From the NCBI GenBank assembly GCA_963676795.2, contig CAXXTB010000001.1, positions 736,001 through 800,000 on the forward strand: 64,000 nt of DNA, read 5' to 3'. The notes under the pieces are model-generated. The model ran no database searches, was not told the origin of the DNA, and saw only the letters and a list, made by a program, of their open reading frames with translations. Below are positions 20,626 through 30,821 of this stretch, piece by piece. Each line of letters begins with the position of its first letter. Position 1 is the first letter of the stretch. The DNA is from Geopsychrobacteraceae bacterium. Its GTDB lineage: Bacteria > Desulfobacterota > Desulfuromonadia > Desulfuromonadales > Geopsychrobacteraceae. The translations under genes and the position numbers were made by a program.

Positions 20626-22626
20626 TCAGTGGTAGAAGGATGTCTGCTTCCTGTTATGAATATCCCAGAAATGAAAGTTGTCGTTCAGCAGGTTCAGGGT
20701 TGTCCGCAGCGCGGTTTTCAGCTCCTCTTGCAGCTGTTGTCGGCTGAAGCTGTCGCTGGTGGAGCCGCTGTCTTCATCAAGCTGAAAGTTGGTTAACTCC
20801 AGTTGACTGAGAACATGCGCTGAGGAAAACCCGTACTTTTTCAGGTTGGCCAGGGCGGAGTGCAGATCATGCTGCAGGGCTTTGAGGTCATTGAACTGCA
20901 TCAATTGACGCAGTTGGCGGAAGCAGATGACGACTGACAAGAGCTTCAGCTCGTTGTCGACAAAGCGTTGCGGATTATCAACATACTGGCGAGCCAATAT
21001 GATCGCCCGCATCGTCTTGTGCTTGAGGCGGGCCTCGATCCTGTCAAGCTCGTGTGCATGCTGCATCGAGGAGAGCTGGCAGACATCGTTGAAGATTGAA
21101 TCCTGCAGGACCTGCAGACGCCGTTTGGGATTGAGCGGATAGATCCACTGGTAAGCGAGTAGCGAGATGGTAATGCCGGCCAACATGGCAACGGCCCCCA
21201 GAATAATGTCCTGAGAGGACATCTCGATGCCTGAGCCCGGCTGCAGGATCAGCAGGAATATGTAGGTGGCATCGATAGCCGGGGATGAAATTCTCTGCTG
21301 GGTTATGGCAAAGGTGCCAAAGAACAGGTAAAGGGCGAGGATGGCTATTTCTAACAGCGCCTGGTTACCGTTAGCCAGCAGGGTCAGCTTGAGCAGAACG
21401 GCAATGACGCCACCGATCGGTGCACCAATCAGGACATGTTGCAACTTTACAGAGGGGGTGACCATGGTGGTGAACAGGGTCAGCATGATCGCTTCCGCCA
21501 TGATCATCAGCGGCATCAGTTCCCAGCGAGTCAGCGACCAGGCAACCCCGGTGAGGATGACGCAGGCCATGACCCGGATGCCGCTGCGGATACCGCTTGA
21601 GAGGTCGCGATGGCGGAGAAACAGCCTGAAGTGGTTATCGGGTCTTTTGCCCTGCAGGATTCTGGTGCAGATCAGGATCTCTCTCAGCAGCAACTGGAGA
21701 TCGTTGAGGGATTGAGAACAGGCAGACTTCTGCTTCAGCTGGGTAAACAGAGCCTCAAGCTCTGAGAGGCAGGATACCCTGCTGTTCTGTTCCAACAGCT
21801 CAGCAATCTTGAACAGTTTTTTGGATATTTCCTGGTGCAGCTCTGACTGGTGCCGGTTTTCTGCTAGCGGTTTCTGCAGGTTGATCAGTTGACCGGTGCC
21901 AAGTAACGACATCAGCAGTGACAACAACTGTTTCAGATTGAGATGTTGGCTGGTGAAAAACATGCCGGCGGTAGCAGCGTCGTATTCCCCTTCCAGGGCC
22001 GAAAGCTGCGCCAGGATGCTTGATTCTTGCTGGTGTGCTTCTGTTGCTTTGTCTGTGACAAACTGGGTGGCCAGCCATCTGATCGAATCTGCTGACAGAG
22101 CCGTTAAGCGCTGACTCAGCTGGGTGGTTGAGTTTTTCTGGGTAAAGATCCCGGTCACCAGGGTGGCGACAATTACGCCGACCAGGGTGCAGGCAATACG
22201 GCCGAAGACAACGGTTGATGTCGCGTGCATCAGGTGGCCGGTCATGACCACGACGGCACAGGTCATCCCGGTGACCATGAACCCGTAGGAGCGCAGACCA
22301 TAAAACAGGTTGCCAACAATGACATTGAGGCCGAGGAACAGGGCGAGAGCGATACTGGTCAGCATGATCGAATCGCAGCCGTAAAGGATAGCCAGTCCAG
22401 TCAGGGCGCCGAAACATGTGCTGAAAATGCGGATCAGGCTTTTTTCCAGCAATAATCCCCGGGTTGGCTGGATGACAACCAGTGCTGTCAGAGCTCCCCA
22501 ATAGGGATTTTCAAAACCGCACAGTTTGCAGATAACCAGGGCGAGTATGGCGGCAAATGTTGAACGGAAGGCCAGCAGCAGCTGACTCTTTTGACTTTTA
22601 ATCCAGGTGAAAAATGATTCAGGCAT
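20626..22626 (-). CDS. FUSC family (aromatic acid exporter, AaeB-like) inner membrane protein
   Basis: AFRSTFAAILAL...PYWGALTALVVIQP..G...KS..R motif; two hydrophobic blocks. Confidence 0.85.
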   Translation of the reverse strand: MPESFFTWIKSQKSQLLLAFRSTFAAILALVICKLCGFENPYWGALTALVVIQPTRGLLLEKSLIRIFSTCFGALTGLAILYGCDSIMLTSIALALFLGLNVIVGNLFYGLRSYGFMVTGMTCAVVVMTGHLMHATSTVVFGRIACTLVGVIVATLVTGIFTQKNSTTQLSQRLTALSADSIRWLATQFVTDKATEAHQQESSILAQLSALEGEYDAATAGMFFTSQHLNLKQLLSLLMSLLGTGQLINLQKPLAENRHQSELHQEISKKLFKIAELLEQNSRVSCLSELEALFTQLKQKSACSQSLNDLQLLLREILICTRILQGKRPDNHFRLFLRHRDLSSGIRSGIRVMACVILTGVAWSLTRWELMPLMIMAEAIMLTLFTTMVTPSVKLQHVLIGAPIGGVIAVLLKLTLLANGNQALLEIAILALYLFFGTFAITQQRISSPAIDATYIFLLILQPGSGIEMSSQDIILGAVAMLAGITISLLAYQWIYPLNPKRRLQVLQDSIFNDVCQLSSMQHAHELDRIEARLKHKTMRAIILARQYVDNPQRFVDNELKLLSVVICFRQLRQLMQFNDLKALQHDLHSALANLKKYGFSSAHVLSQLELTNFQLDEDSGSTSDSFSRQQLQEELKTALRTTLNLLNDNFHFWDIHNRKQTSFYH

Positions 22627-22668
22627 AGGTGACTCAAATAGGCGGTAAGCACTCGGGCAGCTAAGAGA

Positions 22669-23118
22669 TTAAAGAGTTTTTTCGTCGTATCTGTTCATGT
22701 TGTTTTCAAGTTTTTGCAGGAGAGCGATGATGGCTTGCTCTTCGCTTGCGTTCATGTCTCCCAGAACCTGGCGATTTAGATCCTGAATCGCCTGATGGAC
22801 CTGGCGGGCCAGTTGCTCTCCGGCTGTAGTCAAGTACAATTTCCTGGCCCGGCGATCCGACTCGTCTTCATGGCGTTCGACCAGCCCTTTGGTAATGAGG
22901 CTGTCGAGCAGGCGGACAAGTGAAGGGCCGCTGATCCCTACTGATTCAGCAAGGATCTTCTGGTTGATGCCGTTGCCCAAAAGCAGGAGATGGATCAGAG
23001 GTCTCCAGGTTGCATCGGTGAGACCGGAGGAGAGAATCTTCTGGTCGAGAAACTGACGCCAGCGTCTGGTGGTCAGCAGCAAACGAAAGAGCAGGTCTGG
23101 TTCATGTGAATTTGTCAT
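22669..23118 (-). CDS. MarR/SlyA-family transcriptional regulator
   Basis: RRWRQ..D, GLTDATWR, SLVRLLD.L, DRRARKLYLT. Confidence 0.92.
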   Translation of the reverse strand: MTNSHEPDLLFRLLLTTRRWRQFLDQKILSSGLTDATWRPLIHLLLLGNGINQKILAESVGISGPSLVRLLDSLITKGLVERHEDESDRRARKLYLTTAGEQLARQVHQAIQDLNRQVLGDMNASEEQAIIALLQKLENNMNRYDEKTL

Positions 23119-23129
23119 AGGTATATAAG

Positions 23130-23139
23130 TAGCATGCTA
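23130..23139. promoter_or_regulatory. Putative MarR/SlyA-type operator
   Basis: Perfect palindrome TAGCATGCTA just upstream of the marR start; resembles the SlyA box TTAGCAAGCTAA. Confidence 0.5.
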
Positions 23140-23228
23140 TCTATTAGTGTACAAATAGTTTTTGAAGTGTTGAAAAGAGGTGTCGATATCGCTATCTGCA
23201 CCTCCGGTTGTAGAATGCTTTATTGAGA

Positions 23229-24065
23229 TCAGGCCGCATCTATGCGGGACGGAGAATCGATCCAGTTATCTTTCTCTTCAGCGTAAATCTGCGGAAGAAT
23301 AACTCCCAGATTGGTATATTCCTTAATGTTATGTGCTAGCAGTGCAGTCCCTACCTCAACGGGAATCTTGATTCCGTCCGGCACCAGTTTGACCGGCTTG
23401 CCGTCGATGATGTGCCAGCCGAACCAGAAACGGGAGCGCAGTTCCGAGCCACCTTCAACCGGGCGCAGGAAGTGGGTCATGACCGCCGGAGCGTCGGGGC
23501 GATGTTCATTGCCGTAGGTTATGCCGTTGGCGCAGATCAGCGAGCTGCAGGCTTCGGTTCCGATCTGGCTTTCATCGTAGCCCATAGCCGCGGGGCGTTT
23601 GAAGCTGATGCGGATCAGGTCGCTGCCGGCTCCGATATCTTCCCAGACATAGTGGACAGCGTCCCAGTTGCGTTCGCGGACCGGGATGCTGGTGTCGAGA
23701 GCCTTGGCAGGGTCTTCCAGCTTGGAGTCGTAATGATCTTCCGGGTTCCAGATGGCGTAGCGCAGGCGATCGATCGGGTGCCAGGTGAACCACCAGTCAA
23801 ACATTTCACCGGTGACGCCCGGGAAGAAGCTGTGGTTGGCAACGACGACAGTTCCATCCTCGAGTTGCCAGACACCGGCTTCTTCCGCAAGGTAGCCTGG
23901 CTTGAACAGATCGTTGCGATCTTCAATACGCAGGGCCGAAGAGTTGTCAAGCGGGCCTCTGTTGATTCTTTCTTCGCTGCCTGGCGGTACAGGCGCAAGG
24001 TCATTCAGATAGTATTTGAAGTAGCTTTTCTGTCTATCCTGGTTGGATACGGGGACCTTCGACAT
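23229..24065 (-). CDS. PhlG/phloretin-hydrolase family C-C hydrolase
   Basis: MFDWWFTWH, RYAIWNPEDH, WEDIG, ELRSRFWFG, HNIKEY; His/Glu/His/Glu metal ligands plausible. Confidence 0.85.
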   Translation of the reverse strand: MSKVPVSNQDRQKSYFKYYLNDLAPVPPGSEERINRGPLDNSSALRIEDRNDLFKPGYLAEEAGVWQLEDGTVVVANHSFFPGVTGEMFDWWFTWHPIDRLRYAIWNPEDHYDSKLEDPAKALDTSIPVRERNWDAVHYVWEDIGAGSDLIRISFKRPAAMGYDESQIGTEACSSLICANGITYGNEHRPDAPAVMTHFLRPVEGGSELRSRFWFGWHIIDGKPVKLVPDGIKIPVEVGTALLAHNIKEYTNLGVILPQIYAEEKDNWIDSPSRIDAA

Positions 24066-24121
24066 CTTGATGCTGTCCTTTCTGTGATTGTTTCTCTTAC
24101 GGTTAGCGTGCTCTGAAATCG

Positions 24122-24185
24122 ATTCTAGGATGTCGGAGGGAAAAAATGAAATTCAAATAGGTTATGGGATATTCCAGGAAGGAAT
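24122..24185 (-). promoter_or_regulatory. Putative LysR-activated promoter of the PhlG-like gene
   Basis: Minus strand: T-N11-A palindrome ATTCCTTCCTGGAAT (24171-24185), weak -35 TTCATT, 17-bp spacer, -10 TAGAAT (24122-24127). Confidence 0.5.
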
Positions 24186-24253
24186 CCTGGAATTGAAATG
24201 ATCATTCAGGTGGATAAAACCGGGATGCCGCGGGCCTTTCTGCTTTTGATGGG

Positions 24254-25168
24254 TTACATGTTTTCACTGTAGTAGTGTTTGAGATTGTCAACGAAACTGC
24301 GGATGAGAGGATTGTTGTCATGTCTCCGCCACACCGCGATCAGGCCGCTGGTTGTATCCGCCAACTCGTAACATTTGATCATCGGGTTGTCGATATGTCT
24401 CAGGAAGCGGTCACAGATAAGGATGTCTTCGTCCCGCAGGTCGATAATGGCTGAATTTGGGTGGTTGGTGTAGCGTGAGATCCTGGGTTCAAACCCGTGC
24501 GCAAGGCACAGGTCGCGAACGAGCCGGTAGTAGAAGGGGGCGGTCAGAGGCGACATCATCAGAAAATTCTGGTCTTTCAAATCCTCGACAGAGACCGTTT
24601 CTTTGCGGCACAGAGGGTGGGATTCCAGCATGCAGACCAGTTCGGGGCAGGAAACGACCTCCTCCCAGTCCAGATCGTCGGCCACGGAGTCCGCTTCGGT
24701 TTGCAGAGTGACGACCAGGTCGAGCCGGCCTTCGCCAAGGTGAGCGCGCCATTCACCAAAGGAGGTAGTGACGATGTTGAACGGCGCGGCATGCTGCTGA
24801 GCGAGTTGTTTGCCAACCAGAGACAGGGGGGCAAGGGCATTCCCCGAATCGAACCAGCCGATCGCCAAGCCGGAGTTTTTCTTTTTTCCCAGGTCCACGA
24901 CCGCTGACAGCGAACTCTGAATGTCTTCGCAGACCTTCGTCCATTTCTGGCGGAGAAAATCACCTTCCGGAGTCAGGGCAATAGGGCGCTTGTCCCTGTC
25001 GATAAGCCTTGCGCCGACCGCGTGCTCAAGGGAGGCGATCCGCTTGCTCAAGGCCGGCTGAGTGATGTTCATCTTCTCGGCCGCGCGTGAAAAATTCTGC
25101 TGTTCGGCGATCGTCAGAAAAAGCTGGATCTGGTAAAAGCTGATGTCAGGCAGGATGCGTTTCGTCAC
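24254..25168 (-). CDS. LysR-family transcriptional regulator
   Basis: NFSRAAEKMNITQPALSKRIASLE HTH; LTPEG. Confidence 0.93.
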   Translation of the reverse strand: MTKRILPDISFYQIQLFLTIAEQQNFSRAAEKMNITQPALSKRIASLEHAVGARLIDRDKRPIALTPEGDFLRQKWTKVCEDIQSSLSAVVDLGKKKNSGLAIGWFDSGNALAPLSLVGKQLAQQHAAPFNIVTTSFGEWRAHLGEGRLDLVVTLQTEADSVADDLDWEEVVSCPELVCMLESHPLCRKETVSVEDLKDQNFLMMSPLTAPFYYRLVRDLCLAHGFEPRISRYTNHPNSAIIDLRDEDILICDRFLRHIDNPMIKCYELADTTSGLIAVWRRHDNNPLIRSFVDNLKHYYSENM

Positions 25169-25297
25169 TATAGGTATCTTTCCGGATGAAGTGCTCTCAA
25201 TGAACTGTTGACTTCTAGCACTTTTGCTTCATGAAATGAAGATCTATACGTCCTAACAGATATGAGCTGATCTGCCGCTCAGGAGCGGGTAGGGGAC

Positions 25298-25969
25298 TCA
25301 GCTGCTGATCTGTTCCGTCAGATACTGATAGAGACCCGTCAGGTCCTGGCTCCATAGCACATTCTGGTCGGCAAAGTAATTACCTCGGCCGTAGAACCGG
25401 CAGTTGTTATAACGTGCCGCGTCGAGGTCGGTTGAGGCATCGCCGACCATCAGCACCTGCGCCGGATCGAGATGGTTGGCAGTGAGGATCTGTTTGAGCA
25501 GCTCATGTTTTTCCGGTGGTGTGCCATGGATGCTTTTGAAATACTGGGTCAGGTTGTGTCGGGAAAGAACATATTCCAGTTCCTGCTGCGGAGTCCCGGA
25601 CGCCACAAACAGGGGGAGCCCGGGGAAGAGAAGATCAAGACATTGTTGTGCACCGGGGACCAGTGGAACAGAGAGAACCGTGTCGAGACAGAGGTCGGTG
25701 AAGCGTTGACAGAGACTGTCGAGCTTCTCGTCGCTCAGTGGTGCCTTGACGATTTCACGATAGAACCAGCGAAATTTACTGATCCTGCTGATGCCGCCGT
25801 TGGCCCGGTGATGAGCCATCAATTGCTCTGCCGCCAGCTCACCGAATTCATCGATGACGGTTTCCCCGAAGGCCCGGGTTTTGGCCGTGTCGCTTTCAAT
25901 CAGGACACCGTCGCAATCAAAGATGACTGCTGATAATGATATCTTCTGCATCGATAACATCCCGTGCAC
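25298..25969 (-). CDS. HAD-superfamily hydrolase
   Basis: IFDCDGVL motif I, VASGT, MVGDASTD; exact start uncertain. Confidence 0.88.
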   Translation of the reverse strand: MHGMLSMQKISLSAVIFDCDGVLIESDTAKTRAFGETVIDEFGELAAEQLMAHHRANGGISRISKFRWFYREIVKAPLSDEKLDSLCQRFTDLCLDTVLSVPLVPGAQQCLDLLFPGLPLFVASGTPQQELEYVLSRHNLTQYFKSIHGTPPEKHELLKQILTANHLDPAQVLMVGDASTDLDAARYNNCRFYGRGNYFADQNVLWSQDLTGLYQYLTEQISS

Positions 25970-26092
25970 GCTATATTTTCTTCAGCGGTTTGAGGTAACC
26001 GGCCCTGAGTGACCAGGAACGCTTTACTGTATTGTAAGGATATCTGCACAGGAGTCAAAGGAGAGATGAGAATTTAACAGGATTGAAACAGA

Positions 26093-26127
26093 AACGGTGG
26101 AGAGACTTGATGTCTGCCTCCACCGTT
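26093..26127 (-). terminator. Probable terminator after ylbF-like gene
   Basis: aacggtggag...ctccaccgtt inverted repeat, T-rich tail on the minus strand. Confidence 0.55.
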
Positions 26128-26149
26128 AGTATACAGCAGGAAATGCTGC

Positions 26150-26533
26150 TTATGCGCAACCACTGCAGGATGAACAGGATGTCGGCGCGCAGGCGCTTGT
26201 CGGGTTGACGGCATTCATCAGGATGGTGTTGATCTGGCCAAGCAGCTTGTCGTATGCTGCCGATGCCGCGAGGAATTCGCTGACCAGGCTATTTTGATCA
26301 ACAAGTTGCTTCTTTTCTTCAAACTTTCGTTTTCTGGCATCCGTCGCAGCACTGCTCTGGCCGCAGGTTGTCTCTTCAAGCCGTGCCTGCATGGCGAGGA
26401 ACTCTTCATAAAGAGTTTTTGCCTCAGCGTTGGCCATCAGCGCGTCTTCGGCAGCCTTCATGCGCGTCAGTTCGTCGGAGGCCTTGATGGCATCCGCCAA
26501 CGTCATTGTCAGATCTAAAACTTTGTTGCTCAT
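26150..26533 (-). CDS. YlbF/YmcA (RicA/RicF)-family protein with Cys-rich tail
   Basis: LADAIKASDE...EFLAASAAYDKLLGQINTIL helical pattern; ends CAPTSCSSCSGCA. Confidence 0.75.
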   Translation of the reverse strand: MSNKVLDLTMTLADAIKASDELTRMKAAEDALMANAEAKTLYEEFLAMQARLEETTCGQSSAATDARKRKFEEKKQLVDQNSLVSEFLAASAAYDKLLGQINTILMNAVNPTSACAPTSCSSCSGCA

Positions 26534-26714
26534 GCGAAAAGTCCTTTCTTTTATTCGTCTCACAGAACCACGAAAATAAGGTAAATGGCGCAGATCTTCA
26601 ACTGAATAACGGATTGTTCAGCGGAAACAGGATGACCGGCACTGGACGAAACGAGTTAAAAATCGGGAATATTCCCGGATGCCCCGAGCTTCCGCGGCTG
26701 CAGTTGTGGTTCTT

Positions 26715-28571
26715 CTAGTCATCCTTGACATCGTGATTCCAGGCTTTGTCCAGTTCCTCCAGATCCTGGGTCAGGTCGAAGTTCATCAACTGCTCAAGAT
26801 CAGCGTTGTGCTGACGGTAGATGGAGACGTAATCGCCATCCCCGGCCCGGTGCGCCTGGTAGAGTTCAGGCATGATCCGTGCGTCATTTCTCTTGAAGAT
26901 CCTCATCAGCTTGTGCGTCTCGTAGGGATCGATGCCGAGCAGCTGCAGCGCCTGCTGGCCGAGCTCGACGGCGCTGCCGATGGTCTCGCGCTGGATGCCG
27001 GCAATCTCAAGATCCATCAGGTCGTAAACCGCGTTGCGATCTGCGGCCATTGCTGCGATCTTCAGGTGCGGATAGTGTTTTTTCACCAGTTCGATCAGCT
27101 CCCTGGAACGGTCGATGTCGCGCAGGGTGATCAGCAGCAGCTCCGCTTCCGCTGCCCCGGCCGATTCAAGCAGGTCAAGGCGGGATGCGTCACCGTAGTA
27201 GACCTCGTAGCCGAATTTGCGCAATACGTCGACGTTGGCCGGATCGTTGTCAAGAATGACCGGTTTGATTCCTGCAGTGATCAGGAAGCGACCGAGATCG
27301 GTGCCGATCCGGCCGAAACCGGCGAGAATTACCTTGTGACCGCTGCGGTCGATGCTGTCGTGGGCAGGTCCTTCCCCATCATCTTCCCCGCTTTTGCCGG
27401 TCAGTTTCTCATGGAGCAGGAACAGCAGCGGAGCCAGGAACATCGAGATGGCGACGGCGGAGATCAGCGGCTCGACGGTGGCGTTCGGCAGGACGCCGTT
27501 GGCCTTGGAGAACTGGAAGAGGACGAAGGCGAATTCTCCCCCTTGAGCCAGGGCGATGGCGAAAAGTGAACGCTGTTTCTTGGCCATCCTGAAGATCAGG
27601 CTGACGATAACCAGCACCAGCCATTTGAGAATAATCAGCGTCAGGGTCAGCGCGGCTATGAGCAGGATCTTGTTGCCGATCAGGGTGAAGTTGAGGCTGG
27701 CGCCGATGGCGATGAAGAAGATTCCGAGCAGCAGCCCCTTGAACGGTTCGATGTCGCTTTCCAGTTCATGGCGGTACTCGCTGTCGGCCAGGACGACCCC
27801 GGCGAGAAAGGTGCCCAGCGCCGGCGAGAGGCCGACGGCAATCATCAGCAGCGAGATGCCAACGACCAGGGCCAGTGCGGCGGCGACAAAGATCTCTCTG
27901 ACCCGTGTCGCGGCAATGGCACGGAAGACCGGGCGGCTGGCGTATTTGCCGATCAGGAAGATCAAGAGGATGGCCAGCAGGGTAACGACAATCCGCAGGT
28001 AGCCGGGCAGCACGGTCAGATCGACCAGCGCCGCACCATGGTGGCCGTCGTCATGGATGGCCAGGGTCGCCAGCAGCGGCAGCCCGGCGAGCATTGGGAT
28101 GACAGCCAGATCCTGAAACAGCAGGACCGAAAAGATCGAGCGGCCGCCGGAGGTGTTCATCAGCCCTTTTTCGCGCAGGGTCTGCAGGACGATGGCAGTT
28201 GACGACAGAGAAAGGGTCAGACCGATGGCGGTTGCTTCCTGCCAGGGGACGAAATAGCAGGCGACAGCGCCGATGACCAGGCTCGAGATCACCACCTGGG
28301 CACCGCCCATCCCCAGGATCGGGGTGCGCATCTGCCAGAGCAGTGAGGGCTTGAGTTCCAGGCCGACCAGAAAGAGCATCATGACGACACCAAATTCGGT
28401 GAAGTGCATCACCTCTTCGACCTCGCCGATCAGCGCCAGGCCAAAAGGGCCGATGACGATCCCGGCGATCAGGTAGCCGAGTACCGAGCCGAGTCCCAGT
28501 TTTTTAGCGACAGGGACGGCGATCGCCGCTGCGGCGAGGAAGATAAACAGCTGGAGGAGAAAATGTTCCAT
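26715..28571 (-). CDS. kefC: KefB/KefC-type CPA2 K+ efflux transporter
   Basis: [37 protein letters not shown], TrkA-N GFGRIG/YGDA. Confidence 0.9.
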   Translation of the reverse strand: MEHFLLQLFIFLAAAAIAVPVAKKLGLGSVLGYLIAGIVIGPFGLALIGEVEEVMHFTEFGVVMMLFLVGLELKPSLLWQMRTPILGMGGAQVVISSLVIGAVACYFVPWQEATAIGLTLSLSSTAIVLQTLREKGLMNTSGGRSIFSVLLFQDLAVIPMLAGLPLLATLAIHDDGHHGAALVDLTVLPGYLRIVVTLLAILLIFLIGKYASRPVFRAIAATRVREIFVAAALALVVGISLLMIAVGLSPALGTFLAGVVLADSEYRHELESDIEPFKGLLLGIFFIAIGASLNFTLIGNKILLIAALTLTLIILKWLVLVIVSLIFRMAKKQRSLFAIALAQGGEFAFVLFQFSKANGVLPNATVEPLISAVAISMFLAPLLFLLHEKLTGKSGEDDGEGPAHDSIDRSGHKVILAGFGRIGTDLGRFLITAGIKPVILDNDPANVDVLRKFGYEVYYGDASRLDLLESAGAAEAELLLITLRDIDRSRELIELVKKHYPHLKIAAMAADRNAVYDLMDLEIAGIQRETIGSAVELGQQALQLLGIDPYETHKLMRIFKRNDARIMPELYQAHRAGDGDYVSIYRQHNADLEQLMNFDLTQDLEELDKAWNHDVKDD

Positions 28572-28573
28572 GT

Positions 28574-29176
28574 TTATGCCCCCCTGATGACAGCGTTCAG
28601 GTCGCTGTTGAGGTAGGGATAGTGCATGACCTGCTCCAGGTCGAGGGTCTCGTCGCGCAGGGCGATGACGGCGCGGCGGTAGGCTTCGGCGTGAACCCTG
28701 ATCTCTGCTTCGGGCAGCCCGCGATGGATGCCGAGCACGGTAAACGGGGGCAGATAGATCAGCTTGCAGACCTTGGCCATCGAGCGGTAGGGGGAAGTCA
28801 GCTCGGCGATGGTGAAGCCGTTGCCGCCTGTCTGCTGGCTGTAGTTGCCGCCGGCGGAGATCGCCTGGAGGAACAGCTTTCCCTTCAAACCGGTAGCCTG
28901 TGAACCGTAGGCCCAGCCGTGTTCAAGTACCAGGTCGAGCCATTCCTTCATGATCGCCGGGGTCGAATGCCAGTAGAAGGGGTGCTGGAAGATAATCACA
29001 TCGTGTTCGTCGCAGAGTCGCTGCTCCCGTTCGATGTCGATCAGAAAATCGGGGTAGTGGGTGTAGAGATCGTTGAGGGTCACCCCCTCAAGCCTTTCGA
29101 CGGCAGCACGCAGAGCGGAATTGATCTTAGACCGCGTGCGCGCCGGATGGGCGAAATTTATCAGAACTTTTTTCAT
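28574..29176 (-). CDS. Kef ancillary NAD(P)H oxidoreductase (KefF/KefG-like)
   Basis: [29 protein letters not shown]; directly upstream of kefC. Confidence 0.9.
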   Translation of the reverse strand: MKKVLINFAHPARTRSKINSALRAAVERLEGVTLNDLYTHYPDFLIDIEREQRLCDEHDVIIFQHPFYWHSTPAIMKEWLDLVLEHGWAYGSQATGLKGKLFLQAISAGGNYSQQTGGNGFTIAELTSPYRSMAKVCKLIYLPPFTVLGIHRGLPEAEIRVHAEAYRRAVIALRDETLDLEQVMHYPYLNSDLNAVIRGA

Positions 29177-29208
29177 GATCTACCTTAACTGCCTGGTGAA
29201 TGGGTGTT

Positions 29209-29748
29209 TCAGGCGGAGAATTGCCGTACATATTCATACATGACGATTGACGAGGCGATCGACACGTTCAGACTCTGGACACTGCCAAACTGGGGAATGA
29301 TCAGGATGTTGATGCCGGGATAGTCCTCTTGCGGGTAGCTGCAGCCGAATTCTTCATGGCCGAGGATGAAGGCGCTTTTGGCCGGAAGTTCGCTCCGGCA
29401 GAGGGTGGTGCCGTTCTCAGGGTTGAGCTGGAAGAAGCTGTACCCCTCCGCGGCCAGTTGCTCATAGCAGCTGGCGAAGTCATCGTGAAAAACCGCCGGA
29501 ACCTTGCGGAAGGAGCCTTTAGCCGGGGCCGGGTCGAAGGGGCCGATGTTGATCAGGTGGACGGCGGCGGCACCGAAGGCTTCGGCGCTGCGGAAGATCT
29601 TGGGCACGTTGTAGCTGCTTTTGAGCTGATCGAGAATCAGTACAAACTGGTGCTGGCCCGCTGTGGCGAGGATATTCTTGCGGCGTTCTTTTTCATAACG
29701 CAACAGCATGTTGCGGCGGTCCATCTGTCTGCTCATGGTGAAATTCAC
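29209..29748 (-). CDS. TrmH/SpoU-family RNA methyltransferase
   Basis: NVPKIFRSAEAFG, ILGHEEFG, IPQFGSVQSLNVS. Confidence 0.9.
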   Translation of the reverse strand: MNFTMSRQMDRRNMLLRYEKERRKNILATAGQHQFVLILDQLKSSYNVPKIFRSAEAFGAAAVHLINIGPFDPAPAKGSFRKVPAVFHDDFASCYEQLAAEGYSFFQLNPENGTTLCRSELPAKSAFILGHEEFGCSYPQEDYPGINILIIPQFGSVQSLNVSIASSIVMYEYVRQFSA

Positions 29749-29825
29749 TTCTGACTGATTTACAGGGATTTGACAATCAGAGTAAGATACCCCATTACGC
29801 TAAAGTAATCGAGTACGGATTCTTC

Positions 29826-30311
29826 ATGATAAAAATCGGACTGACCTACCTTGTGCTGGTCGCAATCGCTTACCTGCTGCTCTGGGCACGTGATAGACAA
29901 AAGATCGCCACCTCGCTGAAAGTCGCCAGAACCAATCTGGCCAGGATGCTGCCGCTGCTGCTGGCGATCTTCGGCTTGATTGGACTGTTTCAGGAGTTCG
30001 CTCCGCCCGACCTGGTCTCCCGCTACTTAAGCGCCTCAAGCGGAGCTCTGGCCCTGTTGATCAGCACCCTGGCCGGATCGGTGTCCATCGGACCGCCCCT
30101 GGCGGCTTACCCGATTGCCGAGACATTGCTCGCGTCAGGGGCCTGGCCACCAACCATCGCCGCCTTTATTCTCAGCTGGATCACTGTGGGGGTGATTACC
30201 CTGCCGTTCGAGGCCACGGTGTTCAGCTGGCGTTTCGCCCTGATGCGTAACGGCATCAGTTTTGTGATGGCCATGGTCAGTGGCCTGCTGCTCGGGGTGC
30301 TGTTATGGTGA
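29826..30311 (+). CDS. Permease half-protein (DUF318/ArsP-like), subunit 1
   Basis: Hydrophobic; GSVSIGPPLAAYP, LPFE..F...FA..RN; overlaps the next gene. Confidence 0.75.
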   Translation: MIKIGLTYLVLVAIAYLLLWARDRQKIATSLKVARTNLARMLPLLLAIFGLIGLFQEFAPPDLVSRYLSASSGALALLISTLAGSVSIGPPLAAYPIAETLLASGAWPPTIAAFILSWITVGVITLPFEATVFSWRFALMRNGISFVMAMVSGLLLGVLLW

Positions 30312-30814
30312 AGAAATATCTGCGCACCTACTGGTTATTGCTTCTGACCGTTGCGATCTATCTCTGGTGTTTTGCCGTCACCCCGGAACGGGCCGAACGT
30401 GCCCTTTTCAGTGGTGTGAAAACCTTCGGCTCGGTACTGATGCTGATTCTGGCGGTATTCTGTTTGATCGGCCTGTTGCAGGTGTGGATCAGCCGCGAGC
30501 AGATCGTCAGGGTCCTGGGGCAGAATTCGGGTTTCAAGGGGCTGGGGATTGCAGTTCTCTGCGGGGCATTTCTGATGGGGCCACCCTACATCATCTTTCC
30601 GCTGCTGCTGCAGATCAGAGAGCAGGGTGCACGCTGGGCCGTGGTTGTCACGGTATTAAGCTGCTATGCGGTCAAGCTGCAGATGCTTCCCGTCGAGGCC
30701 CAGTTTCTCGGCTGGGGTTTTACCCTGCTGCGTTCGCTGATCATCGTGGTGATTGCGATTCCGGTGGGGCTGTTGATCGAGAGGATCATGGAGAGAAGCG
30801 AGACGCGGCTGTAA
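30305..30814 (+). CDS. Permease half-protein (DUF318/ArsP-like), subunit 2
   Basis: Paralogous motifs GPPYIIFP, LPVEAQFLG..F...R. Confidence 0.75.
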   Translation: MVKKYLRTYWLLLLTVAIYLWCFAVTPERAERALFSGVKTFGSVLMLILAVFCLIGLLQVWISREQIVRVLGQNSGFKGLGIAVLCGAFLMGPPYIIFPLLLQIREQGARWAVVVTVLSCYAVKLQMLPVEAQFLGWGFTLLRSLIIVVIAIPVGLLIERIMERSETRL

Positions 30815-30821
30815 TTGTTCT

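Noticed and set aside
29826..30814. Frameshifted single permease (pseudogene)
   Set aside because: Each ORF is a complete paralogous half with its own GPP motif and overlapping start/stop, a common two-gene arrangement.
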